A stretch of 64,000 nt of DNA, taken from contig NZ_SSMW01000130.1 of the NCBI RefSeq assembly GCF_004799405.1, forward strand, positions 29,238-93,237. The letters are read 5' to 3'. Under the pieces are notes generated by a model, which was not told the origin of the DNA, made no database searches, and saw only the letters and a list, made by a program, of their open reading frames with translations. This DNA comes from Bradyrhizobium sp. (GTDB lineage: Bacteria > Pseudomonadota > Alphaproteobacteria > Rhizobiales > Xanthobacteraceae). Shown piece after piece: positions 1-10,290 of this stretch. How positions within the stretch are numbered: the stretch's first letter is position 1; every line of letters begins with the position of its first letter. The position numbers were made by a program, and so were the translations under genes.

Positions 1-1227
1 GCTGACGATATCCGGCAACGGGGCGACGCGAATCTGCGCATTGGCCTCGGAGGCCTGATGCGCCACGGTGGTGACGATGGCTTCGATCAGTTCGCGGGTG
101 TCGATCAGCACCGGCTCGAATTCGCGCCGCCCCTCGCGGGTGAGATTGAGGATCGCGGTGATCAGGCGGTCCATCTTGGCGATCGACGATTTGATGAACC
201 CCAGCGCCTCGCTGTAATCCTGCGAAAGCTGCTTGTCCTGGTCGTCGAGAGCCGGCTCGACCTCTTCGCCTGCGGCGACCGGCACCAGCGGAGCCGAAGC
301 CGCCGCGCGGACCAGCGCGGCGATCCGCTTGAAGATGTCGGCGCGCAATTCCTCGAGTTCGCTGGTGAAGCCCATGATGTTGACCAGCGGCGAGCGCAGG
401 TCGTGGCTGACGATATAGGCAAAGCGCTGGATTTCGTTGTTGGCTTCGCGAAGGTCGGAGGTGCGCTCGTCGACCGTGGCTTCCAGGTTGAGGTTGTTGT
501 CGCGCAATTGGGCTTCGGCTTCATCGCGCGCGCGCGCCGAGCGCCGCACCAGGAAAATCGAAATGCCGGCCAGGGCGACCACGAGGCCGGAACCTGTGAC
601 GGTAACGATGGAGGCAAGCCGCTGCGTGCGGTCCGCGGTCGCCGTGCGCAACGCAAACAGCCTGTCTTCTTCCGCCCGCATGGCGCCGGCGACGTCGTCC
701 AGGCGTTGAACCGAATCGTTGCTGCCGGACTGGCGCAGCATCGCGATGCCGCCGGCAATGTCGTTGCGGGTCACGAAATCGATGGCCTGGGCAAATTCCG
801 CCAGCCGCGCCTGAACCGGCGGGCGCAGCAGCTTGCTGTTTTCAGCCTGAACCGGATTGTCGCGGGTCAATCGGGCAAGCTTGTCGAGATCGGGAAGGAC
901 GGTCGCAACGGCGGTCTGGTGTTCGGCCAGAAACCGCGGGTCGGTGGTCAAAAGATAACCGCGGGCGGCACTCTCGGCGCGGCGGATTTGCAGCAAAAGC
1001 GCGTTGATCTGGTTTTCCACTTCAACGGTATGCACCACCCAGAGGCTGTCTTGCCGCGCCTGGTTGACCAGGATGACAGAGGATGTGCTGATTGCGACCA
1101 ACACCAGAAATCCCGCCGCAAGCAGCAGGATCTGCCCAATCGCGCGCTGGCGCGTGGCATCGAGCGTCACAAGTGGCAGGCGTGGTAAAATCAACGATCC
1201 CCCGCGGGGAAGTTCCCGGCGACGCAC
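1..1227 (-). CDS. CHASE3-domain sensor histidine kinase (5' part only; 3' end lies beyond the left edge)
   Basis: Absent from the ORF track because no stop lies in the window. The minus frame with codon first bases at positions divisible by 3 is open from position 1 up to a TGA at 1237-1239. Translation gives an N-terminal TM helix (AIGQILLLAAGFLVLVAISTSSVILV), a CHASE3-like segment (LWVVHTVEVENQINALLLQIRRAESAARGYLLTTDPRFL), a second TM and the HisKA H-box FAYIVSHDLRSPLVNIMGF (His codon 403-405). The start is not resolved among GTG 1227, TTG 1194 and GTG 1170. Confidence 0.8.
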   Translation of the reverse strand, partial: MRRRELPRGGSLILPRLPLVTLDATRQRAIGQILLLAAGFLVLVAISTSSVILVNQARQDSLWVVHTVEVENQINALLLQIRRAESAARGYLLTTDPRFLAEHQTAVATVLPDLDKLARLTRDNPVQAENSKLLRPPVQARLAEFAQAIDFVTRNDIAGGIAMLRQSGSNDSVQRLDDVAGAMRAEEDRLFALRTATADRTQRLASIVTVTGSGLVVALAGISIFLVRRSARARDEAEAQLRDNNLNLEATVDERTSDLREANNEIQRFAYIVSHDLRSPLVNIMGFTSELEELRADIFKRIAALVRAAASAPLVPVAAGEEVEPALDDQDKQLSQDYSEALGFIKSSIAKMDRLITAILNLTREGRREFEPVLIDTRELIEAIVTTVAHQASEANAQIRVAPLPDIVS

Positions 1228-1282
1228 AAACGTCCATCAAGGCAAATCGTTCCGCGGCATTTTAGCTTATTTCGGGGGCCCC

Positions 1283-2632
<1,350 letters not shown>

Positions 2633-2719
2633 GTTGTCCTAAAAGGGCGAATAGCGAATGGCGAGTAGCGAATAGTCAGCCGAGAAACCATTCGCCACTC
2701 GCCACTCGCCGTTCGCCTC

Positions 2720-3214
2720 TTACTCTATAATCACCAGCGGTTCGCCGAATTCGACCGGCTGGCCGTCCTCGACAAGAATTTGCGTCACGGTGCCGGCGCG
2801 CGTCGACGGAATCTGGTTCATCGTCTTCATCGCTTCGATGATCAGCAAGGTTTGTCCGGCCGCCACCTTGGCGCCGACCTCGATGAACGGCCTCGCGCCG
2901 GGCTCGGAAGCCAGGTAGGCGGTGCCGACCATGGGCGAGGGCACCGCACCCGGATGCTGGGCGAAATCCGCAATATCGAACGGCGCGGCCGCCGCAGCGG
3001 CAGCAGCAGCCGGCGCAGCCGCAGCGGGTTGAAAGCTCCCCGGCATCGAGGCGGCGATGCTGATGTTGCGCGCGACCCGCAACCGCAAGCCCGCACGCTC
3101 GATCTCGATCTCGGTGAGGCTGGTCTCGTCGAGCAGCAGCGCGAGTTCGCGAATAATCGCACTGTCGTCGCTGGTGAACGTCGGGGCTGGCTTGGGTTCA
3201 GGCTGGCGCGCCAT
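2720..3214 (-). CDS. accB: acetyl-CoA carboxylase biotin carboxyl carrier protein
   Basis: 164 aa with an Ala/Pro-rich linker and a C-terminal biotinyl domain carrying the EAMKTMN motif. The accB-accC order is preserved. Confidence 0.95.
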   Translation of the reverse strand: MARQPEPKPAPTFTSDDSAIIRELALLLDETSLTEIEIERAGLRLRVARNISIAASMPGSFQPAAAAPAAAAAAAAAPFDIADFAQHPGAVPSPMVGTAYLASEPGARPFIEVGAKVAAGQTLLIIEAMKTMNQIPSTRAGTVTQILVEDGQPVEFGEPLVIIE

Positions 3215-3256
3215 GATCTTGATCCGAAACTTCTGTTGGGTGGCGGGGCAGGCGCG

Positions 3257-3736
3257 TCAGGCTTTCGCCCCGACGCCGATCCTGGCGGCAAGGCCATTGA
3301 TCGCGAGCCTGTAACCGTCGATGCCGAAGCCGGAAAGCGTGGCGAAAGCGGCTTTGGCGGTGAAGGAATGGTGACGGAAACTTTCACGGGCGTGAATATT
3401 GCTGATATGCACTTCGACGGCCGGAATTTTCACCGCGACCAGCGCGTCATGCAGGGCGATCGAGGTATGCGAATAGCCGCCGGCGTTGATGACGATGCCG
3501 GCCGCTTTCCTGGCGCGCGCCTCGTGGATGAAATCGATCAACTCGCCCTCGTGGTTGGACTGCCTGCAATCGGCTTTCAGGCCGAATCGCGCCGAGGTCT
3601 CCGCGCAAAGTTTCTCGACATCGGCGAGCGTGGCGTGGCCATAGGTCTCCGGCTCGCGGGTCCCCAGCAGATTGAGGTTGGGCCCGTTGAGTACGTAAAT
3701 TGTCTCGGCAGGTGTCTTTGGGGTTGCCTTGGCCAT
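3257..3736 (-). CDS. aroQ: type II 3-dehydroquinate dehydratase
   Basis: 159 aa with motifs [21 protein letters not shown] and HISNIHARE. This is the classic aroQ-accB-accC arrangement. Confidence 0.95.
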   Translation of the reverse strand: MAKATPKTPAETIYVLNGPNLNLLGTREPETYGHATLADVEKLCAETSARFGLKADCRQSNHEGELIDFIHEARARKAAGIVINAGGYSHTSIALHDALVAVKIPAVEVHISNIHARESFRHHSFTAKAAFATLSGFGIDGYRLAINGLAARIGVGAKA

Positions 3737-3944
3737 CCAGATTCCGGCGATGTGGCGGTGGGTGGCGCGGTTATAGGTAACAACAGGCCCAAGGGGAAGC
3801 CTTTAGGCCTTCGCTGACTTGGTCCAAATACTTCATGCAGTTCGCAAAAAGCCGCGTGGAACTTGCGGAAACCACTCGTTAACCAAGGTTAAAGGATCAG
3901 CCTGTGCGCCGGCGCGGGTTGGCGGGGCCTTCGGGAACGAGAAA

Positions 3945-3966
3945 GGGCGGGCCTTTCGGCCCGCCC
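3945..3966 (-). terminator. Rho-independent terminator-like hairpin downstream of the DUF1236-like gene
   Basis: GGGCGGGCC-TTTC-GGCCCGCCC is a perfect 9-bp GC stem. On the minus strand it is followed by TTTC, 23 nt after the stop at 3989. Confidence 0.6.
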
Positions 3967-3988
3967 GCTCGGTTGTGCGTAGAGACGA

Positions 3989-4681
3989 TTAGACGTCGAG
4001 GACTGCCACGATCTCGAAGGTGCGCGGGTCCACCACGACGATCTGGTCGTTAACGAGGATGTACTCATATCCGCGCCACTCGGGATAGATCGTCACGATT
4101 TCCGTCGGCAGCGTATGGAACGACACGTCGCGCGGAACGCGGGTACCGACCGAGATCGAGAAGTTGACGTGGTTCAACGGAGCCACATGCTGTTCCCGGA
4201 TCACCGTACTGATCTTGGTCCGCTGTTCGCCCGACATCTTGGCGCCGGCGCCGGCCTGTCCGGTGGTCCTGCCCTCTTCAGGACGCTTGGACTCGGCGTT
4301 CACGTTGCCGCGATCCTCGCGGCCCTGGGCTTCCATGCCCTTGTTGTTCTTGGGCTCATTGGTTTCCGAACGCATGTTGTTCGGCTTCTGACCCATATTG
4401 TCTTCGGCGCGCTGGCCCTTCTTCTCTTCCGGGCGCTGGCCCTTGACGTTGTCCTCAGCGCGCTGGCCCTTCATGCCGCCCGAGGTGTTGGGTTCGGATT
4501 GCGTCGCCTTCATGCCCGACGGCGCCATTGGTTTGGTAGCCGGAGCATTTGATGGCGCGGCGTGCTCTGCAGGCGCGCCCGCCGACGGCCCTTCCTTGCC
4601 CATGGTTCCCTGTGCATTTGCGAAGCCGGCTCCGGCGATCAGCGCCGCCACGGCAACCGACATCATATAACGATTAATCAT
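3989..4681 (-). CDS. secreted low-complexity protein with conserved C-terminal domain (DUF1236-like, tentative)
   Basis: Track ORF 3989..4762 trimmed to ATG 4679-4681, which has GGAG about 8 nt upstream and gives signal peptide MINRYMMSVAVAALIAGAGFANA. The charged middle has KGQR repeats. The C-terminal ~80 aa resemble rhizobial DUF1236 proteins (from memory, not searched). Confidence 0.6.
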   Translation of the reverse strand: MINRYMMSVAVAALIAGAGFANAQGTMGKEGPSAGAPAEHAAPSNAPATKPMAPSGMKATQSEPNTSGGMKGQRAEDNVKGQRPEEKKGQRAEDNMGQKPNNMRSETNEPKNNKGMEAQGREDRGNVNAESKRPEEGRTTGQAGAGAKMSGEQRTKISTVIREQHVAPLNHVNFSISVGTRVPRDVSFHTLPTEIVTIYPEWRGYEYILVNDQIVVVDPRTFEIVAVLDV

Positions 4682-4812
4682 CGAATATCTCCTCGCAGTG
4701 TTCATTGCCCGCGCCGACAACGAAGAGGGGTGCGCGATGTTCCCCGATATTCGGAGTTCCATCGGTTTAGTTTTGACGGTGAAGAAATACCGTCGAACGG
4801 TGCGAGATTCAT

Positions 4813-4842
4813 AAAAAAACCGGCTGCGCTGCAGCCGGTTTT
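4813..4842 (-). terminator. Rho-independent terminator of the DsbA-like gene
   Basis: AACCGGCTGC-GCT-GCAGCCGGTT is a 10-bp stem. On the minus strand it is followed by a run of seven T (plus-strand A run 4813-4819), about 45 nt after the stop at 4885. Confidence 0.8.
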
Positions 4843-4884
4843 CATGGAACGATTAAGGCAACGGTCAAACGTCGATTTCGTTCC

Positions 4885-5658
4885 TCAACACGTCGCCTTG
4901 CCGCAGCGGGCGATACCGATCTTTTGCTTGAGCTCATCCAGGCCGACCGCGCCGACCACGATCTGCTTGCCGATCACGTAGCTCGGCGTGCCGTTCATGC
5001 CCATGTCCTCGGCGAGCTTGAAGTTTTCCTCGATCGTGGCGCGCACTTCGGGGCTCGTCATGTCCTTTTCGAGTTTCGCCATGTCGAAGCCGGCGTCTTT
5101 CGCCGCCGCCATCGCCCGCGCCTTGTCGGCCTGGCCGCGGCCGCCGAGCAATTTCTGATGGAAGTCGAGATATTTCTTGCCGGTGGGGTCCTGCATCCGC
5201 GCGGCAACCGCGACCTGCGCGGCCTCGACCGAGCCGGGCCCGAGCACCGGAAATTCCTTCAGCACGACTTTCAGCTTCGGATCGGTTTTCATCAGCTCCA
5301 GCATGTCGGCCATGGCGCGTTTGCAGTAGCCGCAATTGTAGTCGAAGAACTCGACAAAGGTGACGTCGCCATCCTTGTTGGCGACGGTGACGCCGCGCGG
5401 CGAGTTGAAGATCGCGGTGGCGTTCTTGGCGATGGTGGCTTCATGTTTCGCGGTTTCGGCGGCGGCCTGGCGCTTGCTCAACTCGGTGATCGCATCTTCC
5501 ACCACTTCGGGATGTGCGAGCAGGTAGTTCTTGACGATGGTCTCGATATCCCCGCGCTGGCTGTCGGAAAAGCTCTGCGCCGACGCAACCGGCGGCGCAC
5601 CGCAAAGCGCGAGCGCGAACAGTGCGGGGGCGAGCGAACGAAACGAAGGCATTGGCAA
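4885..5658 (-). CDS. DsbA-family periplasmic thiol:disulfide oxidoreductase
   Basis: Signal peptide ending VASAQS and a thioredoxin-fold CxxC site in FFDYNCGYCKRA. Confidence 0.85.
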   Translation of the reverse strand: MPMPSFRSLAPALFALALCGAPPVASAQSFSDSQRGDIETIVKNYLLAHPEVVEDAITELSKRQAAAETAKHEATIAKNATAIFNSPRGVTVANKDGDVTFVEFFDYNCGYCKRAMADMLELMKTDPKLKVVLKEFPVLGPGSVEAAQVAVAARMQDPTGKKYLDFHQKLLGGRGQADKARAMAAAKDAGFDMAKLEKDMTSPEVRATIEENFKLAEDMGMNGTPSYVIGKQIVVGAVGLDELKQKIGIARCGKATC

Positions 5659-5726
5659 ATCCTCTGGAGCGGGTTCGGTGAATTTCTAAAGCAGGTTCCT
5701 GGTACCTTAGCTCTATTTATTTCTCG

Positions 5727-7154
5727 TTATTCTTTCTTCTGGCCCGGCATCGGCTTGGCGGTGACGATATCGTCGGCCTTGACCCAGCCCGGCGTGCCGA
5801 TCGCAAAACGTGTTTTCGCGCGCGAGGCGAGGTCGCGCGCGGTCTTGTTGTCGCCGCGAAGATAGGCGGCCTGGGCGGAAGCCAGATCGGCATCCGCCAG
5901 GTCTCCCTTCCGGCTGTAGGCCATCGCGAGCTCGGTATAGCCCAGCGGAGCTTCGGTCTCGCGTCCGACCGCCGCCTTGAGAATCCCGATCGCTTCCTCG
6001 GTATAGGCCTTATTATCGGCTCCCACGAGCGCCTGCCCAAGTAACATCTCGATGAGTGGTGCGTTATTCGAGAGCTGCACCGCCTTGCGCAGCGGCGCAA
6101 TCGCCTCAGTGGGCTTGCCGCCTTCCAATAGCGCCTGGCCGCGCAGTTCGTAAAAATACGGGTTGTTGGGCTGCACCTGGATCAGCCCGTCGATCTGGGT
6201 CAGCGCGTTGCGCAGATCGCCGTGCAGATAGGTCGTGATCGCGTGCGCATAGCGCGACGGCAGGCTGGTGTTGGACAATGGGTAGCGCCGATAGACGGTA
6301 TCCTGCCGCTCCATGAAGGCCGAAATCTTGGCGCGCATCATATCGTGCCGCATTTGCAGGGCCGGATCATCCTTCTTGTCCCAGAACGGACTTGAATGGG
6401 CCAATTCCTCCAGCGCGGCGACGCGCTCGGCGGGCATCGGATGCGACTGGACATAGGGATCGGCGCCATGTGCGGAGAACAGGCTGTCGTCGGAAAACCG
6501 CTTGAACGTCTCGTACATGCCCCTGGCGGATTGGCCGGTCGCGGTCAGGAACTTGACCCCGGCGCGGTCGGCGTTTTCTTCCTGCGCGCGCACATAGGAA
6601 ATCAGGGTGCGCTGAATCATCTCCTGCGGGCCGGCTATCGCGGCGGCGCCGGCATTGGCCAGACCACTGTTGGGATTGCTGCTTCTGGCGGCTGCGACCA
6701 TCGCGCTGGCGCCGAGCAGCATGGCGATGATCATCTGGGTCTGGGCCCGCGCCACCTGCTCGCGCATCTTGGCGAGATGGCCGCCGGCCAGATGGCCGGT
6801 TTCATGCGCCAGCACCCCGATGATCTGGTTCGGGGTCTCCGACTGCATCAGCGCGCCATAGTTCACGAAGATGCGGCGGCCGTCCGCGACGAAGGCGTTG
6901 AAGGCCTTGTCGTTGATGATCACAATCTGGATGTTCTGCTTTTCCAGGCCTGCGACGCGCAGGATCGGCCGGGTGTAGTCGCGCAACAACTGCTCGGCCT
7001 CGGTATCGCGGAGCACCGGCGGACCCTTGCTTGCCTCCTCTGCCCGCGCGGCGACCGGCGCAACCGCCAGTGCTGCCGCCGTGGCGATGGCGGTCAGTTT
7101 CGACAAGTTTTTGCGAAGCGCGAGATGAAGCAGCATGGAGCGGTTTTTAATCAT
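5727..7154 (-). CDS. M48-family zinc metalloprotease with C-terminal TPR repeats (BepA/YfgC-like architecture)
   Basis: HExxH motif in LAHETGHLAGGH and a TPR-like C-terminal half. Track ORF 5727..7418 trimmed to ATG 7152-7154, giving a signal-like N-terminus MIKNRSMLLHLALRKNLSKLTAIATAAALAVAPVAARA. Confidence 0.8.
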   Translation of the reverse strand: MIKNRSMLLHLALRKNLSKLTAIATAAALAVAPVAARAEEASKGPPVLRDTEAEQLLRDYTRPILRVAGLEKQNIQIVIINDKAFNAFVADGRRIFVNYGALMQSETPNQIIGVLAHETGHLAGGHLAKMREQVARAQTQMIIAMLLGASAMVAAARSSNPNSGLANAGAAAIAGPQEMIQRTLISYVRAQEENADRAGVKFLTATGQSARGMYETFKRFSDDSLFSAHGADPYVQSHPMPAERVAALEELAHSSPFWDKKDDPALQMRHDMMRAKISAFMERQDTVYRRYPLSNTSLPSRYAHAITTYLHGDLRNALTQIDGLIQVQPNNPYFYELRGQALLEGGKPTEAIAPLRKAVQLSNNAPLIEMLLGQALVGADNKAYTEEAIGILKAAVGRETEAPLGYTELAMAYSRKGDLADADLASAQAAYLRGDNKTARDLASRAKTRFAIGTPGWVKADDIVTAKPMPGQKKE

Positions 7155-7284
7155 TGGCGGCGGATCGGATACGTTATATGCCCTACCAAACCGCGGAATG
7201 CGGCCAGTCTGGGGCGCCCGTGCCCCGTTTCGGAAGTTCGCCGGAACTTCAAATCGGCGGCGCCAGCCCAAATAGCAGATATCG

Positions 7285-8472
7285 ATGCCTGATGCGACAT
7301 TGAGAGAACGTGCCGGGAGCCTCCTGACGGCATCGGGGCGCAGCGACGTTCCGCCGTTCATGGTGATGGACGTGATGGCGGCGGCGGCGCGAATCGAAGC
7401 CGATGGCGGCCATGTCATTCATATGGAAGTGGGACAGCCGGCGGCGTCGGCCCCGCAGGCGGCGATATCGGCCGCCCGTGCCGCGCTCGAGGTCGGGCGG
7501 ATCGACTACACTGCCGCGCTCGGCATTCCCTCGTTGCGCGAGCGCATCGCCAGGCATTATCGCGAGAGCTACGGCTGCGCCGTGAACCCGGAGCGGATCG
7601 TGGTCACCACGGGATCGTCGGGCGCGTTCATCCTGGCGTTTCTCGCCATGTTCGAGCCGGGTGACCGCGTCGCGGTCACCGTGCCCGGCTATCCGCCGTA
7701 TCGCCATATCCTGACCGCGCTCGGCTGCGAGCCGGTGCTGATCGAGACCACCAGCGAGACCCGTCATGCGCTGACCGGCGAAGCGTTGCTTGCCGCCCAT
7801 CGCCGCACCCCCCTGAAAGGCGTTCTGGTCGGAAGCCCGGCCAATCCGACCGGCACCATGATGTCGCGCGAGGCGCTCACCGGCCTGATCGGCGCGGCGG
7901 AAGGCGCCGGCATCCGCTTCATCTCCGACGAAATCTATCATGGCCTCGATTATGCGTTTGCCGCGGTGACGGCGGCGGAGTTGTCGCCGTATGCGCTGGT
8001 GATCAATTCGTTCTCGAAATATTTCTGCATGACCGGCTGGCGGGTCGGCTGGATGGTGGTGCCGGACCCGTTGGTGCGGCCGATCGAGCGGTTGCAGCAG
8101 AATCTGTCGATCTCGGTGCCGACGCTGTCGCAGATTGCCGCCGAAGCGGCATTCGACGGCCGCCAGGAGATGGAAGCGATCAAGCATGGCTACCAGGAGA
8201 ACCGCCGCATCCTGATCGAGGGCCTGCCGCAAGCCGGCCTGACCGAATTCCTGCCCGCCGACGGCGCATTTTACCTCTATGCCGATGTTTCGCAGTTCAC
8301 TTCCAACAGTTTCGAGTTTGCCGGCCGGATGCTGCAAAAGGCGCATGTCGCGGCCACGCCCGGCATCGATTTCGATCCGGTTCACGGTCATCGGTTCATT
8401 CGCTTTTGCTATGCGCGTTCGGCCGACGACATGCGCGAAGCCGTTGCGCGCATCGCGCGATGGCTGCGGTAG
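7285..8472 (+). CDS. PLP-dependent aminotransferase, class I/II
   Basis: 395 aa with the PLP-lysine region SFSKYFCMTGWRVGW. Substrate is not assignable from sequence alone. Confidence 0.85.
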   Translation: MPDATLRERAGSLLTASGRSDVPPFMVMDVMAAAARIEADGGHVIHMEVGQPAASAPQAAISAARAALEVGRIDYTAALGIPSLRERIARHYRESYGCAVNPERIVVTTGSSGAFILAFLAMFEPGDRVAVTVPGYPPYRHILTALGCEPVLIETTSETRHALTGEALLAAHRRTPLKGVLVGSPANPTGTMMSREALTGLIGAAEGAGIRFISDEIYHGLDYAFAAVTAAELSPYALVINSFSKYFCMTGWRVGWMVVPDPLVRPIERLQQNLSISVPTLSQIAAEAAFDGRQEMEAIKHGYQENRRILIEGLPQAGLTEFLPADGAFYLYADVSQFTSNSFEFAGRMLQKAHVAATPGIDFDPVHGHRFIRFCYARSADDMREAVARIARWLR

Positions 8473-8638
8473 ATCCGGCAATCCGTCGGATGTTCGATCG
8501 TCGCGGATAAATCGCAGGCGCGAGGTGCAACGCCATTGACTCCGCTGCTCCGATTGCTTTTGGCTGTATCCGGTGCGACGGTCGTCCGTGCGAACGGGGC
8601 GGATAGAACCGCGAAATTCCAAGGGGGGAGTGAGGGTC

Positions 8639-9952
8639 ATGGCAGCGAGCGTAACCGGAGCGCCGGCGAAACCCTGGTACAAAATCCTCTATCTGCAGGT
8701 TCTGATCGCGATCCTGCTCGGCGTCGTCGTCGGCTGGCTATGGCCTAGTCTGGCAACCAATGACTGGATCAAGGCGCTCGGCGACGGCTTCATCAAGCTG
8801 ATCAAGATGGTGATCGCGCCGATCATCTTCTGCACGGTGGTGTCGGGCATCTCGCATATCCAGGACGCGCGCAAGGTCGGCCGCGTCGGCGTCAAGGCGC
8901 TGGTCTATTTCGAAGTCGTGTCGTCATTCGCTCTGATTATCGGCCTGGTGATGGGTAACCTGATCCAGGCCGGACACGGGCTGGCCGCAAAACCCGATGC
9001 CGGTGCGGTCGCAGCCTACGTCAAGCAGGCGGAAACGCAAAAGTCGGTCGATTTCGTCCTCAACATCATTCCGGACAGCGTGGTTGGGGCGCTGGCGCGC
9101 GGCGACATCCTGCAGGTGCTGTTGTTTGCCATCCTGTTCGGCTTTGCGCTGATGGCGCTCGGCGAACGCGGCAGCAAACTGCGCGACATCATCGACGACA
9201 CTTCGCATGCGGTGTTTGGCGTGATCGCCATCGTCATGAAGGCCGCCCCGTTCGGCGCCTTTGGCGCGATGGCCTACACCATCGGAAAATTCGGACCCGC
9301 CGCACTCGGCAACCTGGTCGGGTTGATCGCGCTGTTCTATGCGACGGCCGGGCTGTTCGTGGTGGTCGTGCTCGGCCTGATCGCGCGCGCCGTCGGCTTC
9401 AACATTTTCAAGTTCATCGTCTACATCAAGGACGAACTGCTGATCGTGCTCGGCACCAGCTCGTCCGAAAGCGCGCTGCCGCAATTGATGGAGAAGCTCG
9501 AGCGTCTCGGCTGTTCCAAGTCGGTGGTGGGGCTGGTAGTGCCGACCGGCTATTCGTTCAATCTCGACGGCACCAACATCTACATGACACTGGCGACGTT
9601 GTTTATCGCGCAGGCGCTCGGCGTCGACCTGTCGTTCAGCCAGCAGGTGACTATTCTGGTGGTGGCGATGCTGACGTCGAAGGGCGCCAGCGGGGTCACC
9701 GGCGCCGGCTTCATCACGCTGGCGGCAACGCTCACGGTGGTCAATCCGGCGCTGGTGCCGGGCATGGCGATCGTGTTTTCGGTGGACAAGTTCATGAGCG
9801 AGGTGCGCGCGCTCACCAACATCACCGGCAACGGCGTCGCCACCGTATTCGTGTCGTGGTGGGAGGGCGAACTCGATCACGATCGGCTGCACGCTAATCT
9901 CAATCAGACCATCGATCCATCGGACCTGCAGACCGCCGTTACGACGGGGTAG
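8639..9952 (+). CDS. dctA: C4-dicarboxylate transporter DctA (dicarboxylate/amino acid:cation symporter family)
   Basis: Track ORF 8573..9952 trimmed to ATG 8639, preceded by GGGGGGAG. N-terminus [18 protein letters not shown] and polytopic TM organisation are typical of rhizobial DctA. Confidence 0.9.
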   Translation: MAASVTGAPAKPWYKILYLQVLIAILLGVVVGWLWPSLATNDWIKALGDGFIKLIKMVIAPIIFCTVVSGISHIQDARKVGRVGVKALVYFEVVSSFALIIGLVMGNLIQAGHGLAAKPDAGAVAAYVKQAETQKSVDFVLNIIPDSVVGALARGDILQVLLFAILFGFALMALGERGSKLRDIIDDTSHAVFGVIAIVMKAAPFGAFGAMAYTIGKFGPAALGNLVGLIALFYATAGLFVVVVLGLIARAVGFNIFKFIVYIKDELLIVLGTSSSESALPQLMEKLERLGCSKSVVGLVVPTGYSFNLDGTNIYMTLATLFIAQALGVDLSFSQQVTILVVAMLTSKGASGVTGAGFITLAATLTVVNPALVPGMAIVFSVDKFMSEVRALTNITGNGVATVFVSWWEGELDHDRLHANLNQTIDPSDLQTAVTTG

Positions 9953-9972
9953 CACGGCGGACCGCTTTGGAA

Positions 9973-10290
9973 TCAACTGCGGCTCATGAGCTGCAATTGC
10001 AGTAGCGGCACGAATTGCTGGCCGCTGTGCATGTCGCGCTCATGGACGCCGCCCTGCGGCGTGGCGCGCGGGTATGAGATCTTCACCATGTTGAGGGACG
10101 GGACCGGAAACCGCTTAACGAGGGCGGCGTCCACCCCGTAGATATCGGCAATGGCGGCAGCCGAGATCGCGGGGTCGTCGTGATACTTCGCATAGCTCTC
10201 GCCGCTGTCGAAGAACAGGTCCACTGTCACCCAGAACGGGCCGGCGTTCTTGGAGCGGATATAGCGGCAGACCTCGTTGAGCTTAGGCAC
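9973..10290 (-). CDS. DUF4387-like small protein
   Basis: Contains the IRSKNAGPFWVTVDLFF motif I associate with DUF4387. Preferred start is GTG 10288-10290 (105 aa), overlapping the upstream gene's TAA by 8 nt. The in-frame ATG at 10320 would overlap it by 38 nt. Confidence 0.6.
   Translation of the reverse strand: MPKLNEVCRYIRSKNAGPFWVTVDLFFDSGESYAKYHDDPAISAAAIADIYGVDAALVKRFPVPSLNMVKISYPRATPQGGVHERDMHSGQQFVPLLQLQLMSRS

Noticed and set aside
58-1188. 376-aa plus-strand ORF, the longest ORF listed at the left edge
   Set aside because: It is the antisense shadow of the CHASE3 histidine kinase. Its translation is Arg/Gly/Asp/Gln-rich with no motifs, whereas the minus frame gives a clean H-box, TM helices and a CHASE3-like region.
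3879-3892. TTAACC-AA-GGTTAA palindrome upstream of aroQ, considered as a CtrA box
   Set aside because: The CtrA consensus is TTAA-N7-TTAA and here the spacing is N6. It remains an unexplained perfect 6-bp inverted repeat, but one occurrence is insufficient to call a site.
8561-8576. Possible sigma54 promoter (TGGCTG-N-GGTGC) upstream of dctA, as in rhizobial DctBD-controlled dctA
   Set aside because: The GG-to-GC spacing is one nt longer than the TGGCAC-N5-TTGC consensus, the -12 element is GTGC rather than TTGC, and no dctBD genes are adjacent.
7249-8682. 477-aa minus-strand ORF
   Set aside because: It is antisense to the aminotransferase gene (7285..8472), which has a clear PLP-lysine motif. 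The translation is Arg-rich low-complexity.
8924-9976. 350-aa minus-strand ORF
   Set aside because: It is antisense to dctA. There is no recognisable motif and the composition is the Arg/His/Asp-rich shadow type.
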